From: Sphaerodactylus townsendi
Lineage: Eukaryota
Direction of reading: 5' to 3'
Assembly (NCBI RefSeq): GCF_021028975.2
Contig: NC_059427.1
Coordinates: forward strand, 40,982,001 to 41,046,000
Length of the DNA: 64,000 bases
The position numbers and the translations under genes are program-made. Of the stretch, positions 1 to 13,641 are shown piece by piece. How positions within the stretch are numbered: position 1 is the first letter of the stretch; the number at the start of each line of letters is the position of its first letter. The notes beneath the pieces were generated by a model. It saw only the letters and a program-made list of their open reading frames with translations, did no database searches and was not told where the DNA came from.

Positions 1-240
1 TTATTGCTCCATAACCTTGGCTGGGCAGGCTCTGTTAAGATATATATATAATGAATAAGCATACAGCTTTACATCCTAGCTTTCAGGTGTGCCCCTCATG
101 GTACTACAAGGAAACACATCTGTGAAACTGGAATAAGTGCTATTTCCCTGCACGATTGTGGTGAAGTGGAATGATAAAAGATAGTGAAGAAAAAGATAGT
201 GGGGAAATTTTCAGATATCCTGTTTGTGATGAAGCTCACT

Positions 241-376
241 GGGAGACTTTGGGCCAGTGAGTCAGTCTCTCTTTCTCTTAGACTAAAGTATCTCACTGGA
301 CTGTTTTAAGGATAAAATGAGGAAAGGAAGTCCATGTACAGTATTCTGAGCTCCTAGGAGGTAGGGCAGAATATAA
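241..376 (+). mobile_element. Old Squam3/MIR-type SINE, 3' portion
   Basis: gactttgggccagt...tatctcactggactgtttt...ggataaaatgaggaaagg...ggtagggcagaatataaa resembles the body and tail of the younger SINE copies in this window. Confidence 0.55.
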
Positions 377-1758
377 AGACAAAGGCTTGGGTCAAACATC
401 ATGTTCGCTGCAGACTTCATGGATGAGATCATGGCTGCCTTTCATTCACTCTTTCTTTGAAAAGCTTTTACTGAAGCTTAGGAAACCCTTGGAAATGGCA
501 TACAGTGCAATATGGAAAAGTTGCAGTGAGAAGGAGAATTTGGCCTACATCTTGCCCAGATTAGCTTCTTTGTCAAAACGAGCATTACATTCTTCATGAT
601 ATCAATTTTAATAAAGATATTAAAGAACCGAATGTCTGTCAGTCTCAAAGTTGTATATTCATTGAAGAGGTCATATGTTGTATAGATACACCTTAACTGC
701 TAGTCACAGATAATTATTCTCTCCCTTCAGCCATAATTCAGTTATTTTGTGCTGATACCTCCAGTTAAAAGAGAGGATGTTTTGAAATATAGCTGTAGTT
801 TAAACATCTTAATTACCATTTATGCAACATTTCTAAATGTTCACAGTACTTCCCATACTTCAATTACAATCCTAACATCAGCTCTGTAGGACAGTATTAT
901 TGTCCCTATTTTGAAGGGGTGGTGGTGGTGGTTTGAGGCTGAGAAAGAATAGCTTTCCGAACAGTGGTATTTAAATTACAGCCTTCCTGATTTGTAGCCC
1001 AGCCTCTGCCTTGTTTTCTAATTTCTGCTCCAGTTTCCTTATTACTGGCAGGGTGTCAACTTCAGTTTTCCTTAATTAGAATGCACACCTACATATATGG
1101 TATAAACTACTCCCATCTGCCTGCTTCTTTGGAGATTTCAGAGACAGGTTTTGGTTTCACTGTAATAAATACAGAAACAGTGGGATTTCAGTCTCACAGT
1201 ATCTCCTCTTCTGTCATAGATAGAGTCTGCTGCTGATTTTCTCTCCCAAGGCAATTTAAGTTAAGAATGTGCTGAAATCCCCAATTGCATGTTGGGGTAA
1301 TCATTAATGTTTACAGTTGCTATAGTAACTATGATAGCTGGCAATTGACTAGGAAAGGAGCCTGTTGGTAGGAGATAAGCTGGGGCAATTATTGAACAAC
1401 TGTCAAATCCTTAACTGCTTTAAAAATGAAGGAGGCACCAGAGATGGGGTGGCAAGGACTGTTGATTTCAGTGCACATGGATCCATGATCCAAACAGAGT
1501 AATGGCTCCTTCATTAAAACAGAACGGATCTGTGTGAAATAAACCCTCTACGCTGAAGCATGCACATTCTGTCGGCTATGATAACCGGTTTATGTGAGCC
1601 ATGACTGTGGCCATCATAATGCCTGGGGACATTTGTTTGTTCAGTTATATTATAAGCGCCATTAATACAGATTTATATGTAATATGGAAGGGTTGCTGCT
1701 AAGGATTGCCATGCCAGCCGAAGGATGGTTTGCCACACACTGTGGTGTGCAGCTAGGA

Positions 1759-1880
1759 CAGTGGTGGCGAACCTTTGGCACTCCAGATGTTATGGACTAA
1801 AATGGGGAATTTTATGCTGGTAGGGGCTGATGGGAATTGTAGTCCATAACATCTGGAGTGCCAAAGGTTCGCCACCATGG
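1759..1880. mobile_element. hAT (Charlie-like) palindromic MITE, internally rearranged
   Basis: About 40-bp inverted arms (tggtggcgaacctttggcactccagatgttatggacta). Perfect 8-bp TSD agctagga at 1751-1758 and 1881-1888. Confidence 0.92.
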
Positions 1881-2341
1881 AGCTAGGATAACCAGGAAAA
1901 AAAGGGGAGGTAGCTCACTGTGAACAAGCTACCACTGCTGTAATTGTCTGTCTTATAGAGGCCACAGCACACAGTTGTGTTTATCAGTTCTGTAAAAGCA
2001 GGATAGGGCAAGGTTCTTCTATGTGCAGTCCACACTAAACCATTTCGATTTGTGGGGTATCAGTGAGCCTTATCCATAAAAGCACAATCCTGTTCTCCAG
2101 AGACACAGAGAATGTTACCATAATAGGGTCACTGCAGTGAAACAATTTTCCAGCCTAATTATTAATAAAAATATAATTCAAAATCAAATGAATGAATATG
2201 TCATTAACCTCACATCTTGGTAATGATACAGTGGTTAAAGTAAAAATGTGCCTTAACTTGTCCTATAAATATTGTCCTATAAATACAGTTGTAGTTTATA
2301 GGGACAGTCTTTTTCATAAGAAATGTAAATGTATACAGATA

Positions 2342-2378
2342 ACACATGCGCGCGTGCACACACACACATACGCATATA
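2342..2378. repeat. Alternating purine-pyrimidine tract with CA, CG and TA steps
   Basis: acacatgcgcgcgtgcacacacacacatacgcatata, 37 nt of uninterrupted alternation. Confidence 0.85.
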
Positions 2379-4106
2379 GATATACTTACATAACTTTAAA
2401 TAGATTGCCTGTATGTCTGAATCATCTCTCCGTGGGAAGTACCTGCAAAGGGATGCTCTTATATGATTCAACAGAACCCTGTTGTTTTTTTCTTGTTCCC
2501 TGTGGCATGCACACAGTAGTCCACAAAGCACCTGGCCATTACAAGAAATGTAAAGTGTGCATGTGCTTCCCGCCTCCCTGCCCAAACCTCTTGGACCAGT
2601 ACCAATTCTGTGAGAAAGGGCTACACAATCAGTCTTCACCCATTAGTTTGGGTCGCTAAATAATCTCTCATGAGGTCATGGGCAAACAGTACCCAATTCA
2701 TCTGATGGAATGTCTCAAGTGTGCCTGGTAAATCAAGGTTTCTAGATATTCAGAAGCTGATATGTAAAGGCATTCCTGTGAATGCCTTTATTTTTCCCCA
2801 TATAGCTGCTGTTTTGAAAATGTGGCACTTCACTTTCAGTGTCCTCTCTAAGAAAGAAAACAGCCTTCCTTGTGACCAATGTCACATTCTGTAGATCAAA
2901 AAGACGGCAAGTAGTCGGGCAAATTGGGTTTGTCCTTCTAAATTATTTACTGTATATTTAACAGGAGGGGATTTTTAAAGGATTTTGTTTTAGAAACAAG
3001 GACCAGTTCTAGTGTGATTTGTGAAGAAAGAAATGAGCTAAGCAAGATCACAGCAAATATTACACATAATGAATAATTCAACTTATTATGCGCTTGTACA
3101 ATAATATTCATAGCAGAGATGAGTAGGAAGCTGTGAGTCTCTTGGGAGTCTAAAAAATACTTTCCTCAGTTGAAAAGCAGCTATCTGGGCTGCTGATAAA
3201 CAGGAAACAATGTTCTCTGAATATCATTGATCACAGCTGAAATGCTTCAACTTAAACCCAATCAAGGGATTTCCATTTTCAAAATCAGCCATTGTTGGCA
3301 TGCAGAGACTTCCGAAATCAATCTCCTCAGCCTTGGCTTCCCTGCTGTCAGTTCATCTGTGAAGTATCATCCAGCTGGGTGATGAATACCCTATTGACTC
3401 CTGCTGGTTTTCACCCAAAAGCTAAGGGTGAAGATAGACGTGGGGTCTACATTATCAGGATAGAATAAGTGGCTTTAGCACAGATTTGGTGGTCCCAAAG
3501 CAAATGTCTCCACATTCAGCAAATCTGTTTTCTGACCACATTCACTTCATTTAGAAATCTATGTTTTTGTCATGAGATATCTAGCGGTTGCTGTGATGAG
3601 TTTGCATCCTAGCTCAATGACAGAATTTTCTGTACTGGCTTTGTTTTGAAGCTTTCCTTTTCAAATATGAAATCAGAGCTTGAAGTCTCAGAAGCTGAGT
3701 TGTACCTTATTTGTTTGAATTGTTCAGTATCAACGTACAGACTGGGTTACACTTAGGAGTCTCCTTGCTGTTGTCAGCATTACATAGCCAAAAATGGGCC
3801 TGAGCTGCTCATGTAGAGAATAATGAAATTGGGTGATGTGTCACTTTAATATAACTACATTTAGTGACACAAATAAATCCTTCAGGTCTGTCTGGATCTA
3901 AAATAGTAACAATATAAAGAATTTTCCTTGGGTTTGTTTGTTTTTGAGTTAGAAGTAGTTATACTTCCATGCAGCCAAAATTCTTAGCATGCCTATGGTT
4001 AGTTATTTTTAGCCTGGAAGTGACCGTGGATTTAATAGCCTCATGCTATGGCATACAGAGTTCTCTCCATGGACCACTGTGAAGGTCCCTTCATCATCCC
4101 TAAGAG

Positions 4107-4270
4107 CAGGGGCTTCCAGCCTTTTTTTCATTTGCGTACCTCTTTGGTAACCCATTTCCCTAAAACTGTATCCTTACATTAGCAAATGTATTGCATAATT
4201 TTTTCACATACCCCCAAACACTCTGACAAATACCTCTGGGAATACACACACCCCAGGTTTGGAACCACTG
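4107..4270. mobile_element. Old hAT-Charlie-like MITE
   Basis: Termini are caggggcttccagcc and ggtttggaaccactg. Flanks cctaagag and ccttagat match at 6/8. Confidence 0.65.
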
Positions 4271-4435
4271 CCTTAGATGTATTTCCAAAAATACACAATA
4301 AAACATGGATTGTTTTTGAAGTCAACGTGTACGAAGCAATACATAGTAAAAGCAGTGGACGTTTCAGCACCTAATAGAGGACAGCAAAGCAAAACCAGTA
4401 TAAAAAATGATGATCACTGCTAAAGCTATTCCGAC

Positions 4436-4638
4436 TATGGTTGCCACCCTCCAGGTGGTACCCAGAGATCTCTGGGATTAGCCCTGATCTCTAGACTACA
4501 GAGATCAGTTTCCCTAGAGGAAAATGGCTTGCTTTGGAGGATGGATTCTATGGCATTATACCCTGCTGAGGTCCCTACCATCCCCAGGCTCCACCCGCAA
4601 ATACCAAGGTTTTTCCGAAGCATGAATAGGCAACCCTA
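4436..4638 (+). mobile_element. hAT MITE of the TAGGGTTGCC family, ~200 bp
   Basis: Termini are tatggttgcca and ggcaacccta. Body is homologous to the copies at 15280, 17247 and 37600. Confidence 0.85.
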
Positions 4639-5738
4639 GAGCCAACACTGCATGGCAGCTGCAAAACACCCCCTTTTTATTTGCTTGTCTGACCAATATA
4701 GATTTCAAGGTAGAATGGGGAATGATCTACCTCCTCACATTTGTTCTCTATCTTTTGGTGGCCTTAAGTTGCCGCCTCTTTTATTGGTATAACCAAACCT
4801 TTTATGATAGAGTGTTCTAGAAATAGACAGTCATTTACTGTTGTAACCATTGGCGATAACATCATTAAACATATACATTACATTATGCTTATTACAGACA
4901 GGGGGAAATAAATAGACTTAAACAGGTATATGCACAGAAGAAAGTCTCATTTTATTCAGTGGGACTGATTTCAAGGAAAAGGTTCATAGGACTGCAGCCT
5001 TCTGTATGAAATCTCCTAGAATACTAGACTAAATAAATATAGTTTTTTTAAATAAACAACTCTGTGGTGTATGGGACAGGAGTTCACTGGGGCTAGCTAC
5101 TCTTGGGGAAATGGTTTTGTATTTGGCAATCTTTCTTTTCAGCATTCTGCAAAGGAGATAGATAGTTCTTTCATTGTGCTCTGGGCCCCTTGTCTCTCCT
5201 CCCTTTTTTATCCCTTTACAAAACAGATTGCTTTGTAAGGAAATAAAAGTGAAGAATGGCAGCACTCGGGAAAGGGAAAGGGAAGTGGATAGCGTGAGGG
5301 CCATCTAGAATGTATAGGATGCGTCCTGTGCTGCTGAGAAATGCAGCAAAACAGCAGCTCTTTTTGAGGGTGTTTGGTGAAGTCTCTGTGGAAATTACTA
5401 TGGAAATTCACCAGGAGATGTATTAAGCACACTGTTAAGAACCCATCTTCCACCCCCCCATAGTAGGAGCATTTTAAGATAAATCTGACATGGCCTGTTC
5501 AATTTGGCCTCCTGAAGGCATTGTCATGACAGGCTGCTACAAGCACATGGTGCTCTATCACAGCCTGCTATGTGGTCTGCAATGTGGATCACAGTGATAC
5601 ACTTTTATGTGGGTTCCTCTAGCAAAGAAATTGTCACTTAATCAGCGGAAATTCTGTTATCCCCTCTGCCTATGTATAAAGTAACAGAATTTCTGCGTTG
5701 TATATTTTTTTATCCGTTAAGTTCATTTGTCAACTATT

Positions 5739-5756
5739 GGGGGGGGGGGGGGGGGG
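5739..5756 (+). repeat. Poly-G run (G18)
   Basis: Read directly from the sequence. Confidence 0.9.
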
Positions 5757-6159
5757 ATAATGCTTTAAACAAATAGGGGTTGCAACTGTGTTGGGCTGAG
5801 GAAGGGGGGGAAACTATTTTTGTATTATGGCTATTAATCAAGGCCACTGAACAATCCAAGGAGAGATATGAAGTAAATATTGATGCTTTAACCATGATGG
5901 TTCTTCCCAAAGGCACTGAGAATTAAAGGGAACAAGCAATTCTGGAAGTTTGATGGTACTCCATAGAACTACATTGTTCCTTCAATGTAACAAGGGCAAA
6001 CTAGAAACATACTCTACTGTAAAAATATTAGAACATAACAAACAAAACCAGTTGCATGTAAATGTCAGTTTTTTCTCCCATGAATTCTAATTCAGTTGTT
6101 GATAGTAATCTGAAGTTGCTTCTAGAAACCTTTTCCCCATCATCAGTATTACTGCAACT

Positions 6160-7490
6160 AAGCTTGAGCAATGCCAAACAAAATCAGTAAAATTCAGATT
6201 CGGCTTTAGTGGGCTTTTAAATTATTGTTAAAGCCAAATATCTGATTCAGTAAATCCAAATATGTTCAGATATATGATATATATGATTCGGTAAATCAGA
6301 ATATTTTCGGATATTCCAAAAAATCCAAAAAAATGCAGGCTTGTTTGAATTTTTAGGCACTTTTAGTGTTTTTTGTTTTCAGCCAGTAAGCTAGTGCACC
6401 AAAATTGCAGGGTATCTTCAGGAGACTCTCTTGATGATACCACCTGGGTTTGGTGAAGTTTGGTTTGGGGAATTCAATTTTATGGACCCCCAAAGGGAGT
6501 GCCTCCATCCCGCATTGTTTGCAATCCGAGCTAATAGGAAATGGGGGGACCCCCTGAACCAAGCTACACCAAACCTGGATGGTATCATCAATAGAGTCTC
6601 CTAAAGTTAGCCTGCAATTTTGGTGCCACTAGATTAAACAATGAGCCCCTGACAGGCACCCCAGGAAATTTCACCAGATTCTTCCTTTGAACTGAGCTGG
6701 CTTCAGTGCAGCCAATGGGACATTTCTAGGTGTGTGTAAGCAGAGTGCATGTTTTCCAAGGTAGAGGCACTAGACTTTCAGGGTGACTCCAGGAGACACT
6801 CCTGGCAAGAGCACCCAGGTTTGGTGAACTTTGCTTCAGGGGGGTTCAATTTTATGGAGCTCCAAAAGGGTAGGGCCCATCTCCCACTGCCTCTTGAAAC
6901 AAAGTTCACCAAACGTGGGTGCTCCTTCCAGGAGGGTCTCCTGAAGCCATCCTGAAAGTTTGGTGCCTCTATGTTGAAAAATGTGCACCCTACAGACACC
7001 CCCAGAAATTCCCCTTTGGCTACAATGGAGCCACGTCAGATCAGAGAATCTGCCAGTCTCTTCAGCAAGTTCTACAGTGGGAAAAAGTAAGTGTTTTTTT
7101 CCCACCATAGACTTAAATGGGTCTTGCTGTTATGCCCAGCTGTCTCTGTGCTGGAGATTTTATTGGGGGCTCTGGTGAGGGTTTTGTTCTGGATAGGGGC
7201 ACCAAATTTCCCACAGGGCTGCTGATGAGTCTCCTCAAAGGAACCAGCCAACTTTGCTGAAGTTTGGATTGTTGGGGACTCATTCTGTGGACACCAAGTT
7301 CACCTTCAATTGGATGCCCATAGCATTTGACCCTTCCAAGCAAGCTTCACAAGTTGGCTGATTCCTTTCATGAAACTCACCAGCAGCCCTGCAGGAAATT
7401 TGGTTCCCCTACCCAGAGCAAGACCCAGAACCCTCTCCCCAATTGAAATCTCTACCACAAAGCCAGCTGGGCATAACAGCAAGCCTTACC
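6160..7490. mobile_element. Non-autonomous DNA-transposon-like element built from internal inverted modules
   Basis: The unit gcaccaaa.tt.cagggt...caggagac.c.cct...caccca.gtttggtgaa.tttg recurs in alternating orientation at ~6395, 6555, 6765, 6890, 7198 and 7345. Termini and TSD are not resolved. Confidence 0.65.
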
Positions 7491-10400
7491 CCATCCCACA
7501 TCTGTAAGGTTGTGACTTATAATTCTGACAGATAAGGAGGGAAGGACAATCATAGTATCAAATACTGACAGTTTTAATTCTTTTTGCTGTTTTTCAAAAC
7601 TAATGGTAGACTAGCACAGCATTTTTATTCGTTTACTTTAAGATCGGCACTGTGCTTTGTCGCCTGTTACACCTCCGATTTTACAGAATGGAAAGTTCTC
7701 TAGAGGGTGAAATTCTTGGGGATAATCTGTAGATTAGAGGTATCATTAACAAACTGAGTAATATATTTTGTGCTTTCCCGACACCTTGTAAAACCCAAAA
7801 TTGCATATTGTAATATTCCATTGTTAATAAAAGTATGAATGTTCCCATTTTGTTGATGATATTAATTTAAATTTTCAATCTTCTATTTAACTTTATGGTG
7901 AATTTAATCATGGTATTTTAATAACTTTCCCTATAATCATTACACAAGTCTTTTACATTTACTCGATGGCAGATCTGTCTTTGTGGAAAATGTAATCTTT
8001 TACAAGATACTATAAAAATTCTGTTAGTGTTATAGGTCATAAAATGTGTGCACAGAAGATGGTTTGAGCATACACAGACACATTATCTTCATTAAACAAA
8101 AAAGTAAATGTGTATAAAAGACTGACAAGCCCCAAGAATTTGTTTGAGACATTACCTAATTAAAATAATTTAGGTAAGGAGTTTTGGCCAGTTTTCACTT
8201 TTTTCTGTTTTGATGTTTTCATTTTGATCTTTCCTTGCTCACAGCATGCCAGAAGTAATGTTTATTAAATGCTTCAATGTTCAATGTAATGTTCTTAAAG
8301 TTTGACACCTTCAATTTAGGCAGAAGTTACGTCATAGTACCATGTTAGAAATGTGTTCCTGGGGAACCTGCCTTCAACTCAATGTACATTTTAAAAAAGA
8401 AAATGATGAACTCTGAATTTCTCCAGCTGATGAAATGTAAAACTAACTTTGCTCCATATTTGAGGTCACATTTTATTAGAGGAATAAAAGTTCCACTCCC
8501 CATCCACAATATAATATAGGATCAATGTATAAAAATAAAAATAAAGACAACATTTCAATAGTTTATTCTGTGTCCTCAAGTGGCTTTGAGAATATCAGTT
8601 CAGGTTCAGGCAGTAGTGAACATATTTCCTTACTTCTGATGGGATAGAAGCTAATCTCAGAAACTTTTAGAACTACAAAAAAAGCACTAAAAATCCCTCT
8701 TCCTCTTGACAAAGATGCATCCTGTGTGCCCTAAAGTCAGGTGTCACTTCTCTGCCTATCAGTTCCTTTTTGTTCTCTACACAGGAGACATCACTGGGAA
8801 CTTCCTCAATCATCTTGGGCTTCTGCTCCACCAAGGGCTACCTTGTTAATGGGATGTACCAGTCAGAACCTTGTGTATTAGGTCTTGTTGCCATGGATAT
8901 TGCTTCTATTGTTTTGGCCACTGGGATAAATATTCAACTCAGCCATGTGGCCACCACCACTCTTGGTGACTACCCTCAGCATGCAGGCAGCACACAGAGG
9001 AGTGCTATTCCTGCTGTTTTCAGTTCTATCACTCTCCTGAGCACTGCTTGTCTCCCATAATGATCCCAACATCACCGCATGTCAACCTCTGTTGTTATAC
9101 CAAGTATACCATTCTCCATGCCGCAGACCTTACTCTCCCTTGATCTCAAGTGTTTCTCCCAACATTGATAGAGGATGACATGGCACAGAGTTTTTTCTCA
9201 AACCTGGACCCTCAGCAACTGTCTCTTGATGTCTCACTGGCCCTTGATGTCTCACTGGCTCCCACAATGATTTGGGCACCCTTACCTTCTTTGGCCATCC
9301 AATCTTCAGTTGTAATTTATCCTAAATTGAAACATCAAAAGTCCTGTCATCTGCTCAGCCCAGCATATACAGCAGCAGCCATTCCATCATTTGTCTTGAC
9401 CAATTCAGACCACCCCCACCATTCACCATCACAACTGCATTCTCCACAGCCAGAGGGGAAAAAAATGACAAGAGGAGCTAGGAGAGAGAGAAGTTTATAT
9501 ATTCTAAACCTGAGGTTTAATTGCGTTTATATAAACATTGCAAAGGTCCAGGGAATAGAAACAGGATCCTGTGCTGTATATCTGAAGGGAGAATTAGTTT
9601 CCCAATTATAAGGCAGGAGGGTGGAAACTTGGGAAAAGAAGGGGCCAATAGGGAGACAGAAAACAACCATTCAAGATTCCCCAATAAGAAACAATTGGGG
9701 ATGGCTCTAGAGTGGGTGCAGTTGTAAGCTCTGGAGGAAGGAAGATATAAACCAGGGTAAAGATGCAAAGTAATTCAAAAACAGTTTGCCCAAAAATTGG
9801 ATTAAACCCTGGGGAACAAAATTTGGTATGGTAATAACGAAGAAGTCTTTTATGGCAAAGTCAGATGCAGTGATGAGATTTAAGGGACGGGTCCTTGATT
9901 AAGGATCAGAAAGCTCTCTTTAAGTGAGTTTTTCCCCCCAGACAATTCCTGAGACATTCAGCTCTAGTTAGCATGAGGAAATCCAGTGTGATCCTGCTTC
10001 CTGCCATGGCCGTCTATCTTTTTCCTCTGTGATGGCTAGAGACTTCATTTCTTCTGTTGTAAAACATGGACTCAGGTCCATTCTGGTCTCAGCCTAGGGG
10101 AACACCTCTCTCTCCTGTCACCCTTTTACAGTTAAGTAATATCTATCTGTTTCCTGCTTTATATCTGAACAGTACAGATGTGTGGGGAAAAACACAATGC
10201 CTGCTTACAGCCTTAAAAGTCTCTGGGTTTAGGCAACTAATAGTGCAGTCCTTATCAGAGTTACACCATTCTTAGATTATTGACTTCAGTGATCTTAGAA
10301 GGATGAAACTTTGCTCAGGATTTCAATATCAGTATGCCTGCATCTTTACAACTATTTCCGATATACACACATGATAATATAAAGTGAGAGGCCTCTGTAG

Positions 10401-12683
10401 CAGACACAGTGCTTAATTTCTAAAAGGAGAAACGTTCTTGTCCAAGCATATGTACCAGCTGGGCTGTGGGCTATGGCATGAAACTTGTAGTCTCTTACAC
10501 CAAACATAACATGGGCAAATGATTGTTAATCAGGGTTAATCAGATTGCACGAGACTATATACCTCAAGCCTTGACTTGCGGAACATCCATCTTTTCATCT
10601 GCACAAGAATTCTGAAAGAAACTTTGGCGAGCCACACAGTGCAAGGCTCTGCTTGTTTACTCAAAAGTAAATCCCACTTTGTTAGATGAGATTTATTTTC
10701 AGTTAAATTTGCAACCTTGATCAGTGCACAAGAAAATACTTGCTATGCTGCAGGTTGGCTCTGGAGAGCCCTTTAAATTATGCAGTGGGGGGAAAGAAGA
10801 CATTGGGGAAATACAGAATATATATAGAATACACGAAAGACCCCGGGATCTGCACAGCCTGGCCAGCATCATGGAAGGGGTGGAAATTTCTATTTTAAAT
10901 CTAGACAGAAATGCTGACGAGTTCTGCTCAGATTGTTCTGTCATGCAAACAAGTACAGCTGAGAACAAGTACATTTCCCCATCCAACTTTTCTTTTTTCT
11001 AAGCCTTCAAGAGTTGCCATACATATAAAAGCACTGAGGACCCTTCTGTATTTTGTATGAATAGAAGCTAAACATTTTATGTGTACCACTGAAACTGTTC
11101 ATGCTTGTTTTCACACATAGCAAACATAGGTTTGCTGTTGTATAGCAAGAGAAAACCATGTTGAATTATGTGTATAAACTTTGTGAGCATATGGGATCCT
11201 ATAGCTGTGGCATAAATATCAAAGCCACATGCAACAATTCAGTCCTTGTAATTAGTAGTTACAGTATTTCTGTTAAAGTTCAAGGATAGAGCATTGGTGG
11301 AGGGTAAAAATGTAGAGCATAACATTTAAGAGCTGATAGTTACAGCAGTAATTCCAAATGAAGATCACACAAACACACATTATGGTTAGAATGTGCTTTG
11401 ATAACATTTGGTTTCCTTCTGCTGGAGAAATGACCAGGGACTGGGTGCAACTGGGTAACTTGTGTACAAAGACCAGGTGGGATTTGGAATTTTTAGAAGT
11501 GGAATTTAAATATGAGAAATAAAATACTTAATGAAACAATGGGTTGGATCCTACCGCTCCAGTCAGCTAACTGTGGAGCCTTTCTTCAGGTGGAAAGCCA
11601 AACACATGAATAGACTGTCAGATAAAGAAGCAGCGGATAACTTGGGGATTTCATTCCCCTAGTGGGAGTGCAGGATCTTCTGGCCCCTGCTCTTGCTGAG
11701 ATTTTTTTTAAAAAGTGATGCCAGCTCCACAGCCTTATCATTTCCATTAAAAAAAATCAAATGACATAATGTAACTCTAGAACTCATCAGAAACTCTATG
11801 ATAAAACTATAGTTTCTGCTAATTCCTAGAGCAACCCTCAGCACTCCTACTAGTTTCCAGATATTTCCTAGAAGCCCTGATGTCATCCCTTTCCTGCTCA
11901 TACTGCAGCCTCCTGGCCAATGCAGCTCCAAGCACCATGCAGGTCCCATGATCTTGATTATAAATTTTCCCAGGGTTGGAGATGGCTGGGGGGTGGGGGG
12001 CGGCAGGGAGAGCTGCAGAGGGCCACTTTCTCTTTCAGATAATAGGATCCTATCCTTAGTTTTTCCATGCTGAATTCAAATGGAAAGATCACAGAAAAAT
12101 TGTCTTGGCTTTGCTGTTGTCATTGTGGATTAAACATATGGACAATGTGTTTGATTTTGAAACAAAAATATTGTTTAAATGAATGAGCAACAAACTTGTA
12201 CAGGTGTAGGGAAGAACATACAGCATGGGCTGCTTTATTCAGCTGGTTAAGCACTGATCCTAAAAGAATTCAGCCTCTTGCCTTATTTTTACATAAAGTT
12301 TAATTGAACTCCTGATGATTTAACAGTGTTACATCCATTCTACAAATCTGCTTGAAAAGTATATTTGAGATTGAGAATGAAAAGCACTATGTCTAAAGCA
12401 CAGCAAAGTGAGGCAACCCTCAACGGATTCCAAGAATATTATTTATTCAAGCTCTCCAGGATATCCGTGATACATTTTAAGTAATATAATTTAATGTTTC
12501 CTTCTGATGAAGAATTGTGTCCTAATCAAAACACATCAAAACTTGGGATAGTTTTTCTTTGAGAGTTTGTATATTATGCCAGTAAGTTATTTGAATTATA
12601 TTACTGTAAGATACTGGCAGAGAATGCCAATGTTTGTTGTTTCTCTAAATCTGAATTTCTTTACTATGCCAAATGTTTGGATA

Positions 12684-12786
12684 GTTCAGGTGTCCTTTAG
12701 GGTACCTGAAGAATTTTGTTCAGGTGTCTTTTAGGGTACCTGAGGGATTTTGTTCAGGTGTCCTTTAGGGTACCCGAGGGATTCTG
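12684..12786 (+). repeat. 34-bp minisatellite, 3 copies
   Basis: gttcaggtgtcctttagggtacctgagggatttt starts at 12684, 12718 and 12752. Confidence 0.95.
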
Positions 12787-13171
12787 GAGAAGTTAACATG
12801 TTGTTTCAAGTCATCTGCTTCATTGCTCCAGAGCTTTAGAGCAGAGGGAGAGAAAGAGAAGTGAGAACCTTGTGGGGAGAGGGCATTTCCCAAGCCTTTC
12901 CTTCCTCCTCTCTCCCCCACCCACCCCTGCCGCTCTACCCATCTATCTTTGATATCGCTTCCCTTTGCTTCCCTACTTCACTGTCACTGTTCTGAATACC
13001 CAATCAACCTCCCTATCCTCAGTGCCTCCTTTCTTTGCCTTTCCTTTCTCCCCTCTGCTTCCCACATCCCTCCCCTTACTACTTTTACTGCCACCCACCC
13101 CATCATCAGTGCTTTACCCACTCACCCCAACCTTTAGCGCTCTGCATGACTGCCCAGAGAAAGGTTGAGAT

Positions 13172-13406
13172 CAAAAGCGTAACTGGGCAGGAGTCGCCTG
13201 GAGTGCACACCGTGTTTTCCATCCCTCCGCGGCCCTGCCCCCTGCTTCCCACTTACCATTTCGCGTCGGCAGAAAACAGCTTTCTGCCAGCTGAAAACAG
13301 GCCAGGCTGGTGGGGCGGGGCAGGATGAGGGGGTGGGGGTGATTTTTGCGCTCCCCAGGCACGTGCCCGGTGCAACATACCCCGCCCCCTTGTAGCTCTG
13401 CCACTG
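13172..13406. mobile_element. GC-rich hAT MITE with CAGTGGCGTAGCT-like termini
   Basis: Perfect 8-bp TSD gttgagat at 13164-13171 and 13407-13414. Degenerate TIRs caaaagcgtaact and agctctgccactg. Confidence 0.85.
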
Positions 13407-13560
13407 GTTGAGATGGCCTTTTTCGGTATCTCTGACCACAGCTGCACTTGTCCTGATTTGGGAGGGAGAGAAGCAGCACAGTAGAGAGCTGAACTGGGCT
13501 GAGGGGCAGCATTGGTGATGCTAGGAGCAATGCTGGCAACATCAGGATCTATTTTCAGAA

Positions 13561-13641
13561 TGGACTCCACTGGTGACATTGGGAGCCGTGGTGTGACCAG
13601 AGTCAGACTGTGGACTCCACTGGTAACATTGGGAGCCGTGG
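13561..13641 (+). repeat. 31-bp direct repeat, period 50
   Basis: tggactccactggt(g/a)acattgggagccgtgg at 13561 and 13611. Confidence 0.9.

Noticed and set aside
2192-2659. 155-aa ORF and antisense 120-aa ORF
   Set aside because: They run through a microsatellite, show no homology and have no exon logic.
8165-8180. Other AG|GTRAG juxtapositions (8173, 15497, 31838, 58789, 59688)
   Set aside because: Poor pyrimidine tracts or location in or next to TEs. Weaker than the 18328 candidate.
9225-9260. Short tandem duplications (18 bp here; also 2260, 41214, 46142, and a 10-bp hairpin at 27286)
   Set aside because: Ordinary slippage products with no evidence of function.
12500-12545. ctgatgaag...aaaacacatc and ctgaagaa at 43540 as hammerheads
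   Set aside because: No GAAA or stems remain. At most deleted Penelope remnants.
12684-12786. 34-bp repeats of CRISPR-like length
   Set aside because: Head-to-tail with no spacers, in eukaryotic intron. An ordinary minisatellite.
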